Below are positions 14,666 through 31,658 of a stretch of DNA of 64,000 nucleotides, piece after piece (positions within the stretch are counted from its first letter, which is position 1; the number at the start of each line of letters is the position of its first letter). Under the pieces are notes generated by a model. That model saw only the letters and a list, made by a program, of their open reading frames with translations, made no database searches and had not been told where the DNA came from. The position numbers and the translations under genes are program-made. This DNA is from the human T2T-CHM13v2.0 reference genome, Homo sapiens: NCBI RefSeq assembly GCF_009914755.1, contig NC_060937.1, one strand, 5' to 3'.

Positions 14666-17007
14666 TATATACTGTACATAAAATATGAAAGTAACAAAAC
14701 ATTTATAATAAACTGTACATAAAATATCAAAGTACTCAAACTATATATCATATACTGTACATAAAATATCAAAGTACCCAAAATATATATTGTATACTGT
14801 ACATAAAATATGAAGGTACATCAAAGATATATTATATTCTGTACATAAAATATCAAACTACACCAAATATATATTATATCCTGTACATAATATATTAAAG
14901 TTGCCCATATATACATTCTATACTGTACATAAAATATGAACGTACATCAAATATATAGTATATGCTGCACATAAAATATCAAAGTACCCAAAGTATGTAT
15001 TATACACTGTACATAAAATATCAAAGTACCAAAAGTATATATTACATACTGTAAATAAAATATGAAGGTACCTCAAATATATATTATATTCTATACATAA
15101 AATATCAAAGTACACCAAGTATATACTATATACTCTGCATAAAATATTAAATTACCCAAAATATGTATTGCATTGTGTACATAAAATATGAAAGTAACCA
15201 AACGTTTATAATAAACTGTACATAAAATATCAAAGTACTCAAACTGTATATTATATACTGTACATAAAGTATCAAAGTACCCAAACTGTGTAGTATATAT
15301 TGTACATAAAATATCAAGGTACCCAAAATATATATTGTAAACTGTAGATAAAATATCAAAGTAACCAAAATATATATTATATACTGTACATGAAATATGA
15401 AGGCACATCCAATATATATTATACTCTGTACATAAAATATCAAAGTACACCAAATGTATATTATATACTGTACATAAAATATGAAAGTACCCAAAGTGTA
15501 TATTATATACTGTACATAAACTATGAAGGTTCATCAAATATATTTTATATTCTGCACATAATATATCAAAGTACAGCAAATATATATTATATACTGTACA
15601 TAAAATATCAAAGTACCCAAAATATGTATTATATACTGTACATAAAATATGAAAGTAAGCAAACATTTATAATAAACTGTACATAAAGTATCAAAGTACT
15701 CAAACTACATATTATATACAGTATATAAAATATCAAAGTACCCAAACTGTATATTATATACTGTACATAATATATCAAAGTACCCGAATATATAGCATAC
15801 TCCACATAAAATATCAAAGTACCCAAAGTTTGTATTATACACTGCACATAAAATATGGAGGTACATCAAAGATATATTATATTCTGTACATAAAATATCA
15901 AAGTACACCAAATATATATTATATGCTGTACATAATATATTAAAGTCGACCAAATATATATTATATACTGTACATAAAATATGAAGGTACATCAAATATA
16001 TATTATATGCTGCACATAAAATATCAAAGTACCCAAAGTATGTGTTATATACTGTACATAAAATATCAAAGTACCCAAAGTATATATTATATACTGTACA
16101 TAAAATATAAAATACCCCAAATATATATTATATGCTCTACATAAAATATCAAAGTACACAAAATATGTATTATATACTGTACATAAAATACCAAAGGACC
16201 CAAAATATATATTATATACTGTACATAAAATATCAAAATACCCAAAATATATATTATATACTGTACATAAAATACCAAAGTACCCAAAGTATATATTATA
16301 TACCGTACAAAAAATATCAAAGTAGCCAAAATATGTATTATACACTGTACATAATATATGAAAGTACCCAAACATTTATAATAAACTGTACATAAAATAT
16401 CAATGTACTCAAACTATATATTATGTGCGGTACATAAGATATCAAAGTACCCATACTATATAGTATATACTGTACTTAAAATATCAAAATACCCAAAATA
16501 TATATTATATACGTTACATAAACTATCACATACACAAAGTATGTATTATATACTGTACATAAAATAGCAAAGTTCCCAAAATATGTATTATATACTGTAC
16601 ATAAAATATGAAAGTACCCAACCATTCATAATAAAGTCTACATAAAATACCAAAGTACCCAAACTGTGTATTATATACTGTCCATAAAATATCAAAGGAC
16701 CCAAAATATATATTGTAAACTCTACATAAAATATCAAAGTAGCCAAAATACATATTGTATACTGTACATAAAATATAAAAGTACCCGAAATATATATTAT
16801 ATACTGTACATAAAATATCAAAGTACCCATAATACATATTATATACTGTACATAAAATATCAAAGGACCCAAAATAAACATTATATACTGTACATAAAAT
16901 ATCCAAATACTCAAAATATATATTACATACTGTACATAAAATATCAAAGTACCCAAATTATGTATTATATACTGTACGTAAAATATCAGAGTACCCAAAA
17001 TATGCAT
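14666..17007 (+). repeat. HOR unit U6: type A lacking 16 monomers (2342 bp)
   Basis: Near-identical to U1 at offset 13857. Confidence 0.85.
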
Positions 17008-19641
17008 TATATACTGTACATAAAAAATGAAAGTAACAAAACATTTATAATAAACTGTACATAAAATATCAAAGTACTCAAACTATATATCATATACTGT
17101 ACATAAAATATCAAAGTACCCAAACTGTGTATTATTATATACTGTATATAAAATATCAAAGTACCTGAAATATATATTGTATACTGTACATAAAATATCA
17201 AAGTACCCAAAATATATACTATATACTGTACATAAAATATGAAGGTACATCAAATATATATTATATCCTGTACATAAAATATCAAAGTACACCTATTATA
17301 TATTGTGTACTGTACATAATATATTAAATCGCCCAAATATATATCGTATACTGTATATAAAATATGAAGGTACTTCAAATATATATTGTATGCTGCACAT
17401 AAAATATCAAAGTACCCAAAGAATGCATTACATACTGTACATAAAATATCAAGGTACACAAATTATATATTATATACTGTACATAAAATATGTAGGTTCA
17501 TCAAATATATTTTATATTCTGTACATAATATATCAAAGTACATCAAATATATATTATATACTGTACATAAAATATCAAAGTACCCAAAATATGTATTATA
17601 TACTGTACATAAAACATGAAAGTAACCAAACATTTATAATAAACTGTACATAAAATATCAAAGTACTCAATCTACATATTATATACAGTATATAAAATAT
17701 CAAGGTACACAAACTGTATAATATATACTGCACATAATATATCAAAGTACCCAGAATATATAGCATACTGTACATAAAATATCAAAGTACCCAAAATATA
17801 TTGTATACTGTACATAAAATATGAAGGTACATCAAAGATATATTATATTCTGTACATAAAATATCAAAGTACACCAAATATATATTATATGCTGTACATA
17901 GTATATTAAAGTTGCCCGTATATACATTATATACTGTACATAAAATATGAACGTACATCAAATATATAGTATATGCTGCACATAAAATATCAAAGTACCC
18001 AAAGTATGTATTATACACTGTACATAAAATATCAAAGTACCAAAAGTATATATTACATACTGTAAATAAAATATGAAGGTACCTCAAATATATATTATAT
18101 TCTGTACATAAAATATCAAAGTACACCAAGTATATACTATATACTCTGCATAAAATATTAAATTACCCAAAATATGTATTGTATTGTGTACATAAAATAT
18201 GAAAGTAACCAAACATTTATAATAAACTGTACATAAAATATCAAAGTACTCAAACTGTATATTATATACTGTACATAAAGTATCAAAGTACCCAAACTGT
18301 GTAGTATATACTGTACATAAAATATCAAGGTACCCAAAATATATATTGTAAACTGTAGATAAAATATCAAAGTACCCAAAATATATATTATATACTGTAC
18401 ATAAAATATGAAGTCACATCCAATATATATTATATTCTGTACATAAAATATCAAAGTACACCAAATGTATATTATATACTGTACATAAAATATCAAAGTA
18501 CCCAAAGTGTATATTATATACTGTACATAAAATATGAAGGTTCATCAAATATATTTTATATTCTGCACATAATATATCAAAGTACAGCAAATATATATTA
18601 TATACTGTACATAAAATATCAAAGTACCCAAAATATGTATTATATACTGTACATAAAATATGAAAGTAACCAAACATTTATAATAAACTTTACATAAAGT
18701 ATCAAAGTACTCAAACTACATATTATATACAGTATATAAAATATCAAAGTACCCCAACTGTATATTATATACTGTACATAATATATCAAAGTACCCAAAT
18801 ATATAGCATACTGTACATAAAATATCAAAGTACCCAAAATATATATTATATACTGTACATAAAATATCAAAATACCCAAAATATATATTATATACTGTAC
18901 ATAAATTACCAAAGTACCCAAAGTATATATTATGTAACGTACAAAAAATATCAAAGTAGCCAAAATATGTATTATACACTGTACTTAATATATGAAAGTA
19001 CCCAAACATTTATAATAAACTGTAAATAAAATATCAATGTACTCAAACTATATATTATGTGCGGTACATAAGATATCAAAGTACCCATGCTATATAGTAT
19101 ATACTGTACTTAAAATATCAAAATACCCAAAATATATATTATATACGTTACATAAACTATCAAATACACAAAGTATGTATTATATACTGTACATAAAATA
19201 GCAAAGTTCCCAAAATATGTATTATATACTGTACATAAAATATGAAAGTACCCAACCATTTATAATAAACTCTACATAAAATACCAAAGTACCCAAACTG
19301 TGTATTATATACTGTCCATAAAATATCAAAGGACCCAAAATATATATTGTAAACTCTACATAAAATATCAAAGTAGCCAAAATACATATTGTATACTGTA
19401 CATAAAATATAAAAGTACCCCAAATATATATTATATACTGTACATAAAATATCAAAGTACCCATAATACATATTATATACTGTACATAAAATATCAAAGG
19501 ACCCAAAATAAACATTATATACTGTACATAAAATATCCAAATACTCAAAATATATATTACATACTGTACATAAAATATCAAAGTACCCAAATTATGTATT
19601 ATATACTGTATATAAAATATCAGAGTACCCAAAATATGCAT
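17008..19641 (+). repeat. HOR unit U7: type A lacking 9 monomers (2634 bp)
   Basis: Same deletion junction as U3, plus a 2-bp loss near 17800. Confidence 0.85.
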
Positions 19642-22025
19642 TATATATTGTACATAAAATATGAAGGTACATCAAATATATAGTATATGCTGCACATAAA
19701 ATATCAAAGTACCCAAAGTATGTATTATATACTGTACATAAAATATCAAAGTACCAAAAGTATATATTACCTACTGTAAATAAAATATGAAGATACCTCA
19801 AATATATATTATATTCTGTACATAAAATATCAAAGTGCACCAAGTATATACTATATACTCTACATAAAATATTAAATTACCCAAAATATGTATTGTATTG
19901 TGTACATAAAATATGAAAGTAACCAAACATTTATAATAAACTGTACATAAAATATCAAAGTACTCAAACTTTATATTATATACTGTACATAAAGTATCAA
20001 AGTACCCAAACTGTGTAGTATATACTGTACATGAAATATCAAGGTACCCAAAATGTATATTGTAAACTGTAGATAAAATATCAAAGTACCCAAAATATAT
20101 ATTATATACTGTACATAAAATATGAAGGCACATCCAATATATATTATATTCTGTACATAAAATATCAAAGTACACCAAATGTATATTATATACTGTACAT
20201 AAAATATAAAACTACCCCAAATATATCTTATATACTCTACATAAAATATCAAAGTACCCAAAATATATATTATATACTGTACATAAAATATCAAAGTACC
20301 CATAGTATGTATTATATCCTGTACATAAAATATGAAGGTACATCAAATATATATTCTATTCTGCACATAAAATATCATATTGCACCAAATATATATTGTA
20401 TACTGTATATAAAATATGAAGGTACTTCAAATATATATTATATGCTGCACATAAAATATCAAAGTACCCAAAGTATGCATTATATACTGTACATAAAATA
20501 TCAAAGTACCCAAAGTGTATATTATATACTGTACATAAATTATGAAGGTTCATCAAATATATTTTATATTCTGCACATAATATATCAAAGTACAGCAAAT
20601 ATATATTATATATTGTACATAAAATAACAAAGTACCAAAAATATGTATTATATACTGTACATAAAATATGAAAGTAACCAAATATTTATAATAAACTGTA
20701 TATAAAATATCAAAGTACTCAAACTACATATTATATACAGTATATAAAATATCAAAGTACCCAAACTATATATTATATACTGTACATACTATATCAAAGT
20801 ACCCAAATATATAGCATACTGTCCATAAAATATCAAAGTACCCAAAATATATATTGTATACTGTACATAAAATATGAAGGTACATCAAAGATATATTATA
20901 TCCTGTACATAAAATATCAAAGTACACCAAATATATATTATATGCTGTACATAATATATTAAAGTCGACCAAATATATATTATATACTGTACATAAAATA
21001 TGAAGGTACCTCAACTATATATTATATGCTGCACATAAAATATCAAAGTACCCAAAGTATGTATTATATACTGTACATAAAATATCAAAGTACCCAAAGT
21101 ATATATTATATACTGTACATAAAATATAAAATACCCCAAAGATATATTATATGCTGTACATAAAATATCAAAGTACACAAAATATGTATTATGTACTGTA
21201 CATACAATATAAAGGACCCAAAATATATACTATATACTGTACATAAAATATCAAAATACCCAAAATATATATTATATACTGTACATAAAATACCAAAGTA
21301 CCCAAAGTATATATTATATACCGTACAAAAAATATCAAAGTAGCCAAAATATGTATTATACACTGTACATAATATATGAAAGTACCCAAACATTTATAAT
21401 AAACTGTACATAAAATATCAATGTACTGAAACTATGTATTATGTGCGGTACATAACATATCAAAGTATCCATACTATATAGTATGTACTGCACTTAAAAT
21501 ATCAAAATACCCAAAATATATATTATATACGTTACATAAACTATCAAATACACAAAGTATGTATTATATACTGTACATAAAATAGCAAAGTTCCCAAAAT
21601 ATGTATTATATACTGTACATAAAATATGAAAGTACCCAACCATTTATAATAAACTCTACATAAAATACCAAAGTACCCAAACTGTGTATTATATACTGTC
21701 CATAAAATATCAAAGTACCCAAAATATATATTGTAAACTCTACATAAAATATCAAAGTAGCCAAAATACATATTTTATACTGTACATAAAATATGAAAGT
21801 ACCCCAAATATGTATTAAATACTGTACATAAAATATCAAAGTACCCATAATACATATTATATACTGTACATAAAATATCAAAGGACCCAAAATAAACATT
21901 ATATACTGTACATAAAATATCCAAATACTCAAAATATATATTACGTACTGTACATAAAATATCAAAGTACCCAAATTATGTATTATATACTGTACGTAAA
22001 ATATCAGAGTACCCAAAATATGCAT
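19642..22025 (+). repeat. HOR unit U8: type B lacking ~22 monomers (2384 bp)
   Basis: Copy of U4 at offset 10382. Confidence 0.85.
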
Positions 22026-25000
22026 TATATACTGTACATAAAATATGAAAGTAACAATACATTTATAATAAACTGTACAAAAAATATCAAAGTACTCAAA
22101 CTATATATCATATACTGTACATAAAATATCAAAGTACCCAAACTGTGTATTATTATATACTGTATATAAAATATCAAATACCTGAAATATATATTGTATA
22201 CTGTACATAAAATATCAAAGTACCCAAAATATATACTATATACTGTACATAAAATATGAAGGTACATCAAATATATATTATATCCTGTACATAAAATATC
22301 AAAGTACACCTATTATATATTGTGTACTGTACGTAATATATTAAATCGCCCAAATATATATTGTATACTGTATATAAAATATGAAGGTACTTCAAATATA
22401 TATTATATGCTGCACATAAAATATCAAAGTACCCAAAGTATGCATTACATACTGTACATAAAATATCAAAGTACACATATTATATATTATATAATGTACA
22501 TAAAATATGAAGGTTCATCAAATATATATTATATTCTGTACATAATATATCAAAGTACATAAAATATATATTATATACGGTACATAAAATATCAAAGTAC
22601 CAAAAATATGTATTATATACTGTACATAAAACATGAAAGTAACCAAACATTTATAATAAACTGTACATTAAATATCAAAGTACTCAATGTACATAATATA
22701 TACAGTATATAAAATATCAAAGTACACAAACTGTATATTATATACTGTACATAATATATCAAAGTACCCAGAATATATAGCATACTGTACATAAAATATC
22801 AAAGTACCCAAAATATATATTGTATACTGTACTTAAAATATGAAGGTACATCAAAGATATATTATATTCTGTACATAAAATATCAAAGTACACCAAATAT
22901 ATATTATATGCTGTACATAGTATATTAAAGTTGCCCGTATATACATTATATACTGTACATAAAATATGAACGTACATCAAATATATAGTATATGCTGCAC
23001 ATAAAATATCAAAGTACCCAAAGTATGTATTATACACTGTACATAAAATATCAAAGTACCAAAAGTATATATTACATACTGTAAATAAAATATGAAGGTA
23101 CCTCAAATATATATTATATTCTGTACATAAAATATCAAAGTACACCAAGTATATACTATATACTCTGCATAAAATATTAAATTACCCAAAATATGTATTG
23201 TATTGTGTACATAAAATATGAAAGTAACCAAACATTTATAATAAACTGTACATAAAATATCAAAATACTCAAACTGTATATTATATACTGTACATAAAGT
23301 ATCAAAGTACCCAAACTGTGTAGTATATACTGTACATAAAATATCAAGGTACCCAAAATATATATTGTAAACTGTAGATAAAATATCAAAGTACCCAAAA
23401 TATATATTATATACTGTACATAAAATGTGAAGGCACATCCAATATATATTATATTCTGTACATAAAATATCAAAGTACACCAAATGTATATTATATACTG
23501 TACATAAAATATCAAAGTACCCAAAGTGTATATTATATACTGTACATAAAATATGAAGGTTCATCAAATATATTTTATATTCTGCACATAATATATCAAA
23601 GTACAGCAAATATATATTATATACTGTACATAAAATATCAAAGTACCCAAAATATGTATTATATACTGTACATAAAATATGAAAGTAACCAAACATTTAT
23701 AATAAACTGTACATAAAGTATCAAAGTACTCAAACTACATATTATATACAGTATATAAAATGTCAAAGTACCCAAACTGTATATTATATACTGTACATAA
23801 TATATCAAAGTACCCGAATATATAGCATACTGTACATAAAATATCAAAGTACCCAAAGTGTGTTTTATACACTGCACATAAAATATGAAGGTACATAAAA
23901 TATATATTGTATTCTGTACATAAAATATCAAAGTACTCCAAATATATATTATATGCTGTACATAATATATTAAAGTCGCCCAAATATATATTATATACTG
24001 TGCATAAAATATGAAGGTACATCAAATATATATTATATGCTGCACATAAAATATCAAAGTACCCAAAGTATGTGTTATATACTGTACATAAAATATCAAA
24101 GTACCCAAAGTATATATTATATACTGTACATAAAATATAAAATACCCCAAATATATATTATATGCTGTACATAAAATATCAAAGTACACAAAATATGTAT
24201 TATATACTGTACATAAAATACCAAAGGACCCAAAATATATATTATATACTGTACATAAAATATCAAAATACCCAAAATATATATTATATACTGTACATAA
24301 AATACCAAAGTACCCAAAGTATATATTATATACCGTACAAAAAATATCAAAGTAGCCAAAATATGTATTATACACTGTACATAATATATGAAAGTACCCA
24401 AACATTTATAATAAACTGTACATAAAATATCAATGTACTCAAACTATATATTATGTGCGGTACATAAGATATCAAAGTACCCATACTATATAGTATATAC
24501 TGTACTTAAAATATCAAAATACCCAAAATATATATTATATACGTTACATAAACTATCAAGTACACAAAGTATGTATTATATACTGTACATAAAATAGCAA
24601 AGTTCCCAAAATATGTATTACATACTGTACATAAAATATGAAAGTACCCAACCATTCATAATAAAGTCTACATAAAATACCAAAGTACCCAAACTGTGTA
24701 TTATATACTGTCCATAAAATATCAAAGGACCCAAAATATATATTGTAAACTCTACATAAAATATCAAAGTAGCCAAAATACATATTGTATACTGTACATA
24801 AAATATAAAAGTACCCCAAATATATATTATATACTGTACATAAAATATCAAAGTACCCATAATACATATTATATACTGTACACAAAATATCAAAGGACCC
24901 AAAATAAACATTATATACTGTACATAAAATATCCAAATACTCAAAATATATATTACATACTGTACATAAAATATCAAAGTACCCAAATTATGTATTATAT

Positions 25001-25037
25001 ACTGTACGTAAAATATCAGAGTACCCAAAATATGCAT
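22026..25037 (+). repeat. HOR unit U9: full type A (3012 bp)
   Basis: Copy of U5 at offset 10382 up to ~24610, without the 10-bp insertion. Confidence 0.85.
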
Positions 25038-28000
25038 TATATACTGTACATAAAATATGAAAGTAACAAAACATTTTTAATAAACTGTACATAAAATATC
25101 AAAGTACTCAAACTATATATCATATACTGTACATAAAATATCAAAGTACCCAAACTGTGTATTATTATATACTGTATATAAAATATCAAAGTACCTGAAA
25201 TATATATTTTATACTGTACATAAAATATCAAAGTACCCAAAATATATACTATATACTGTACATAAAATATGAAGGTACATCAAATATATATTATATCCTG
25301 TACATAAAATATCAAAGTACTCCTATTATATATTGTGTACTGTACATAATATATTAAATCGCCCAAATATATATTGTATACTGTATATGAAATATGAAGG
25401 TACTTCAAATATATATTATATGCTGCACATAAAATATCAAAGTACCCAAAGTATGCATTACATACTGTACATAAAATATCAAAGTACACAAATTATATAT
25501 TATATTCTGTACACAAAATATGTAGGTTCATCAAATATATTTTATATTCTGTACATAATATATCAAAGTACATCAAATATATATTATATACGGTACATAA
25601 AATATCAAAGTACCCAAAATATGTACTATTTACTGTACATAAAATATGAAAGTAACCAAACATTTATAATAAACTGTACATAAAATATCAAAGTACTCAA
25701 TCTACATATTATATACAGTATATAAAATATCAAAGTACACAAACTGTATATTATATACTGTACATAATATATCAAAGTACCCAGAATATATAGCATACTG
25801 TACATACAATATCAAAGTACCCAGAATGTATATTGTATACTGTACATAAAATATGAAGGTACATCAAAGATATATTATATTCTGTACATAAAATATCAAA
25901 GTACACCAAATATATATTATATGCTGTACATAATATATTAAAGTTGCCCATGTATACATTTTATACTGTACATAAAATATGAAGGTACATCAAATATATA
26001 GTATATGCTGCACATAAAATATCAAAGTACCCAAAGTATGTATTATATACTGTACATAAAATATCAAAGTACCAAAAGTATATATTACCTACTGTAAATA
26101 AAATATGAAGATACCTCAAATATATATTATATTCTGTACATGAAATATCAAAGTACACCAAGTATATACTATATACTCTACATAAAATATTAAATTACCC
26201 AAAATATGTATTGTATTGTGTACATAAAATATGAAAGTAACCAAACATTTATAATAAACTGTACATAAAATATCAAAGTACTCAAACTTTATATTATATA
26301 CTGTACATAAAGTATCAAAGTACCCAAACTGTGTAGTATATACTGTACATAAAATATCAAGGTACCCAATATGTATATTGTAAACTGTAGATAAAATATC
26401 AAAGTACCCAAAATATATATTATATACTGTACATAAAATATGAAGGCACATCCAATATATATTATATTCTGTACATAAAATATCAAAGTACACCAAATGT
26501 ATATTATATACTGTACATAAAATAAAAAACTACCCCAAATATATATTATATACTCTACATAAAATATCAAAGTACCCAAAATATATATTATATACTGTAC
26601 ATAATATATCAAAGTACCCATAGTATGTATTATATCCTGTACATAAAATATGAAAGTACGTCAAATATATATTCTATTCTGCACATAAAATATCATATTG
26701 CACCAAATATATATTGTATACTGTATATAAAATATGAAGGTACTTCAAATATATATTATATGCTGCACATAAAATATCAAAGTACCCAAAGTATGCATTA
26801 TATACTGTACATAAAATATCAAAGTACCCAAAGTGTATATTATATATTGTACATAAAATATGAAGGTTCATCAAATATATTTTATATTCTGCACATAATA
26901 TATCAAAGTACAGCAAATATATATTATATACTGTACATAAAATAACAAAGTAACAAAAATATGTATTATATACTGTACATAAAATATGAAAGTAACCAAA
27001 TATTTATAAAAAACTGTATATAAAATATCAAAGTACTCAAACTACATATTATATACAGTATATAAAATATCAAAGTACCCAAACTATATATTATATACTG
27101 TACATACTATATCAGATTACCCAAATATATAGCATACTGTACATAAAATATCAAATTACCCAAAATATATATTGTATACTGTACATAAAATATGAAGGTA
27201 CATCAAAGATATATTATATTCTGTACATAAAATATCAAAGTACACCAAATATATATTATATGCTGTACAGAATATATTAAAGTCGACCAAATGTGTATTA
27301 TATACTGTACATAAAATATGAAGGTACATCAAATATATATTATATGCTGCACATAAAATATCAAAGTACCCAAAGTATGTGTTATATACTGTACATAAAA
27401 TATCAAAGTACCCAAAGTATATATTATATACTGTACATAAAATATAAAATACCCCAAATATATATTATATGCTGTACATAAAATATCAAAGTACACAAAA
27501 TATGTATTATGTACTGTACATAAATTATCAAAGGACCCAAAATATATATTATATAGTGTACATAAAATATCAAAATACCCAAAATATATATTATATACTG
27601 TACATAAAATACCAAAGTACCCAAAGTATATATTATATACTGTATAAAAAATATCAAAGTAGCCAAAATATGTATTATACACTGTACATAATATATGAAA
27701 GTACCCAAACATTTATAATAAACTGTACATAAAATATCAATGTACTCAAACTATATATTATGTGCGGTACTTAAGATATCAAAGTACCCATACTATATAG
27801 TATGTACTGTACTTAAAATATCAAAATACCCAAAATATATATTATATACGTTACATAAACTATCAAATACACAAAGTATGTATTACATACTGTACATAAA
27901 ATAACAAAGTTCCCAAAATATGTATTATATATATTATAAATATGTACATAAAATATGAAAGTACCCAACCATTTATAATAAACTCTACATAAAACACCAA

Positions 28001-28354
28001 AGTACCCAAACTGTGTATTATATTCTGTCCATAAAATATCAAAGTGCCCAAAATATATATCGTAAACTCTACATAAAATATCAAAGTAGCCAAAATACAT
28101 ATTGTATACTGTACATAAAATATAAAAGTACCCCAAATATATATTATATACTGTACATAAAATATCAAAGTACCCATAATACATATTATATACTGTACAT
28201 AAAATATCAAAGGACCCAAAATAAACATTATATACTGTACATAAAATATCCAAATACTCAAAATATATATTACATACTGTACATAAAATATCAAAGTACC
28301 CAAATTATGTATTATATACTGTACGTAAAATATCAGAGTACCCAAAATATGCAT
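25038..28354 (+). repeat. HOR unit U10: full type B with 10-bp insertion (3317 bp)
   Basis: 3307+10. The B-specific 7-monomer block is near 26510-26805; the insertion is near 27925-27945. Confidence 0.85.
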
Positions 28355-31300
28355 TATATACTGTACATAAAATATGAAAGTAACAAAACATTTATAATAA
28401 ACTGTACATAAAATATCAAAGTACTCAAACTATATATCATATACTGTACATAAAATATCAAAGTACCCAAACTGTGTATTATTACATACTGTATATAAAA
28501 TATCAAAGTACCTGAAATATATATTGTATACTGTACATAAAATATCAAAGTACCCAAAATATATACTATATACTGTACATAAAATATGAAGGTACATCAA
28601 ATATATATTATATCCTGTACATAAAATATCAAAGTACTCCTATTATATATTGTGTACTGTACATAATATATTAAATCGCCCAAATATATATTGTATACTG
28701 TATATAAAATATGAAGGTACTTCAAATATATATTATATGCTGCACATAAAATATCAAAGTACCCAAAGTATGCATTACATACTGTACATAAAATATCAAA
28801 GTACACAAATTATATATTATATTCTGTACATAAAATATGTAGGTTCATCAAATATATTTTATATTCTGTACATAATATATCAAAGTACATCAAATATATA
28901 TTATATACGGTACATAAAATATCAAAGTACCCAAAATATGTACTATTTACTGTACATAACATATGAAAGTAACCAAACATTTATAATAAACTGTACATAA
29001 AATATCAAAGTACTCAATCTACATATTATATACAGTATATAAAATATCAAAGTACACAAACTGTATATTATATACTGTACATAATATATCAAAGTACCCA
29101 GAATATATAGCATACTGTACATACAATATCAAAGTACCCAGAATGTATATTGTATACTGTACATAAAATATGAAGGTACATCAAAGATTTATATTCTGTA
29201 CATAAAATATCAAAGTACACCAAATATATATTATATGCTGTACATAATATATTAAAGTTGCCCATGTATACATTTTATACTGTACATAAAATATGAAGGT
29301 ACATCAAATATATAGTATATGCTGCACATAAAATATCAAAGTACCCAAAGTATGTATTATATACTGTACATAAAATATCAAAGTACCAAAAGTATATATT
29401 ACCTACTGTAAATAAAATATGAAGATACCTCAAATATATATTATATTCTGTACATGAAATATCAAAGTACACCAAGTATATACTATATACTCTACATAAA
29501 ATATTAAATTACCCACAATATGTATTGTATTGTGTACATAAAATATGAAAGTAACCAAACATTTATAATAAACGGTACATAAAATATCAAAGTACTCAAA
29601 CTTTATATTATATACTGTACATAAAGTATCAAAGTACCCAAACTGTGTAGTATATACTGTACATAAAATATCAAGGTACCCAAAATGTATATTGTAAACT
29701 GTAGATAAAATATCAAAGTACCCAAAATATATATTATATACTGTACATAAAATATGAAGGCACATCCAATATATATTATATTCTGTACATAAAATATCAA
29801 AGTACACCAAATGTATATTATATACTGTACATAAAATATAAAACTACCCCAAATATATCTTATATACGCTACATAAAATATCAAAGTACCCAAAATATAT
29901 ATTATATACTGTACATAATATATCAAAGTACCCATAGTATGTATTATATCCTGTACATAAAATATGAAAGTACGTCAAATATATATTCTATTCTGCACAT
30001 AAAATATCATATTGCACCAAATATATATTGTATACTGTATATAAAATATGAAGGTACTTCAAATATATATTATATGCTGCACATAAAATATCAAAGTACC
30101 CAAAGTATGCATTATATACTGTACATAAAATATCAAAGTACCCAAAGTGTATATTATATACTGTACATAAAATATGAAGGTTCATCAAATATATTTTATA
30201 TTATGCACATAATATATCAAAGTACAGCAAATATATATTATATACTGTACATAAAATAACAAAGTACCAAAAATATGTATTATATACTGTACATAAAATA
30301 TGAAAGTAACCAAATATTTATAATAAACTGTATATAAAATATCAAAGTACTCAAACTACATATTATATACAGTATATAAAATATCAAAGTACCCAAACTA
30401 TATATTACATACTGTACATACTATATCAAAGTACCCGAATATATAGCATACTGTACATAAAATATCAAATTACCCAAAATATATATTGTATACTGTACAT
30501 AAAATATGAAGGTACATCAAAGATATATTATATTCTGTACATAAAATATCAAACTACACCAAATATATATTATATGCTGTACAGAATATATTAAAGTCGA
30601 CCAAATGTATATTATATACTGTACATAAAATATGAAGGTACATCAAATATATATTATATGCTGCACATAAAATATCAAAGTACCCAAAGTATGTGTTATA
30701 TACTGTACATAAAATATCAAAGTACCCAAAGTATATATTATATACTGTACATAAAATATAAAATACCCCAAATATATATTATATGCTGTACATAAAATAT
30801 CAAAGTACACAAAATATGCATTATGTACTGTACATAAATTATCAAAGGACCCAAAATATATATTATATAATGTACATAAAATATCAAAATACCCAAAATA
30901 TATATTATATAACGTACATAAAATACCAAAGTACCCAAAGTATATATTATATACTGTATAAAAAATATCAAAGTAGCCAAAATATGTATTATACACTGTA
31001 CATAATATATGAAAGTACCCAAACATTTATAATAAACTGTACATAAAATATCAATGTACTCAAACTATATATTATGTGCGCTACATAAGATATCAAAGTA
31101 CCCATACTATATAGTATGTACTGTACTTAAAATATCAAAATACCCAAAATATATATTATATACGTTACATAAACTATCAAATACACAAAGTATGTATTAC
31201 ATACTGTACATAAAATAGCAAAGTTCCCAAAATATGTATTATATACTGGACATAAAATATGAAAGTACCCAACCATTTATAATAAACTCTACATAAAATA

Positions 31301-31658
31301 CCAAAGTACCCAAACTGTGTATTATATACTCTCCATAAAATATCAAAGTACCCAAAATATATATTGTCATCTGTACATAAAATATCAAAGTAGCCAAAAT
31401 ATATATAGTATACCGTACATAAAATATAAAAGTACCCCAAATATGTATTATATACTGTACATAAAATATCAAAGTACCGATAATACATATTATATACTGT
31501 ACATAAAATATCAGAGGACCCAAAATAAACATTATATACTGTACATAAAATATCCAAATACTCAAAATATATATTACATACTGTACATAAAATATCAAAG
31601 TACCCAAATTATGTATTATATACTGTACGTAAAATATCAGAGTACCCAAAATATGCAT
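28355..31658 (+). repeat. HOR unit U11: full type B (3304 bp)
   Basis: 3307-3, from a 3-bp deletion (TCAAAGATTTATATTC) near 29188. Confidence 0.85.
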
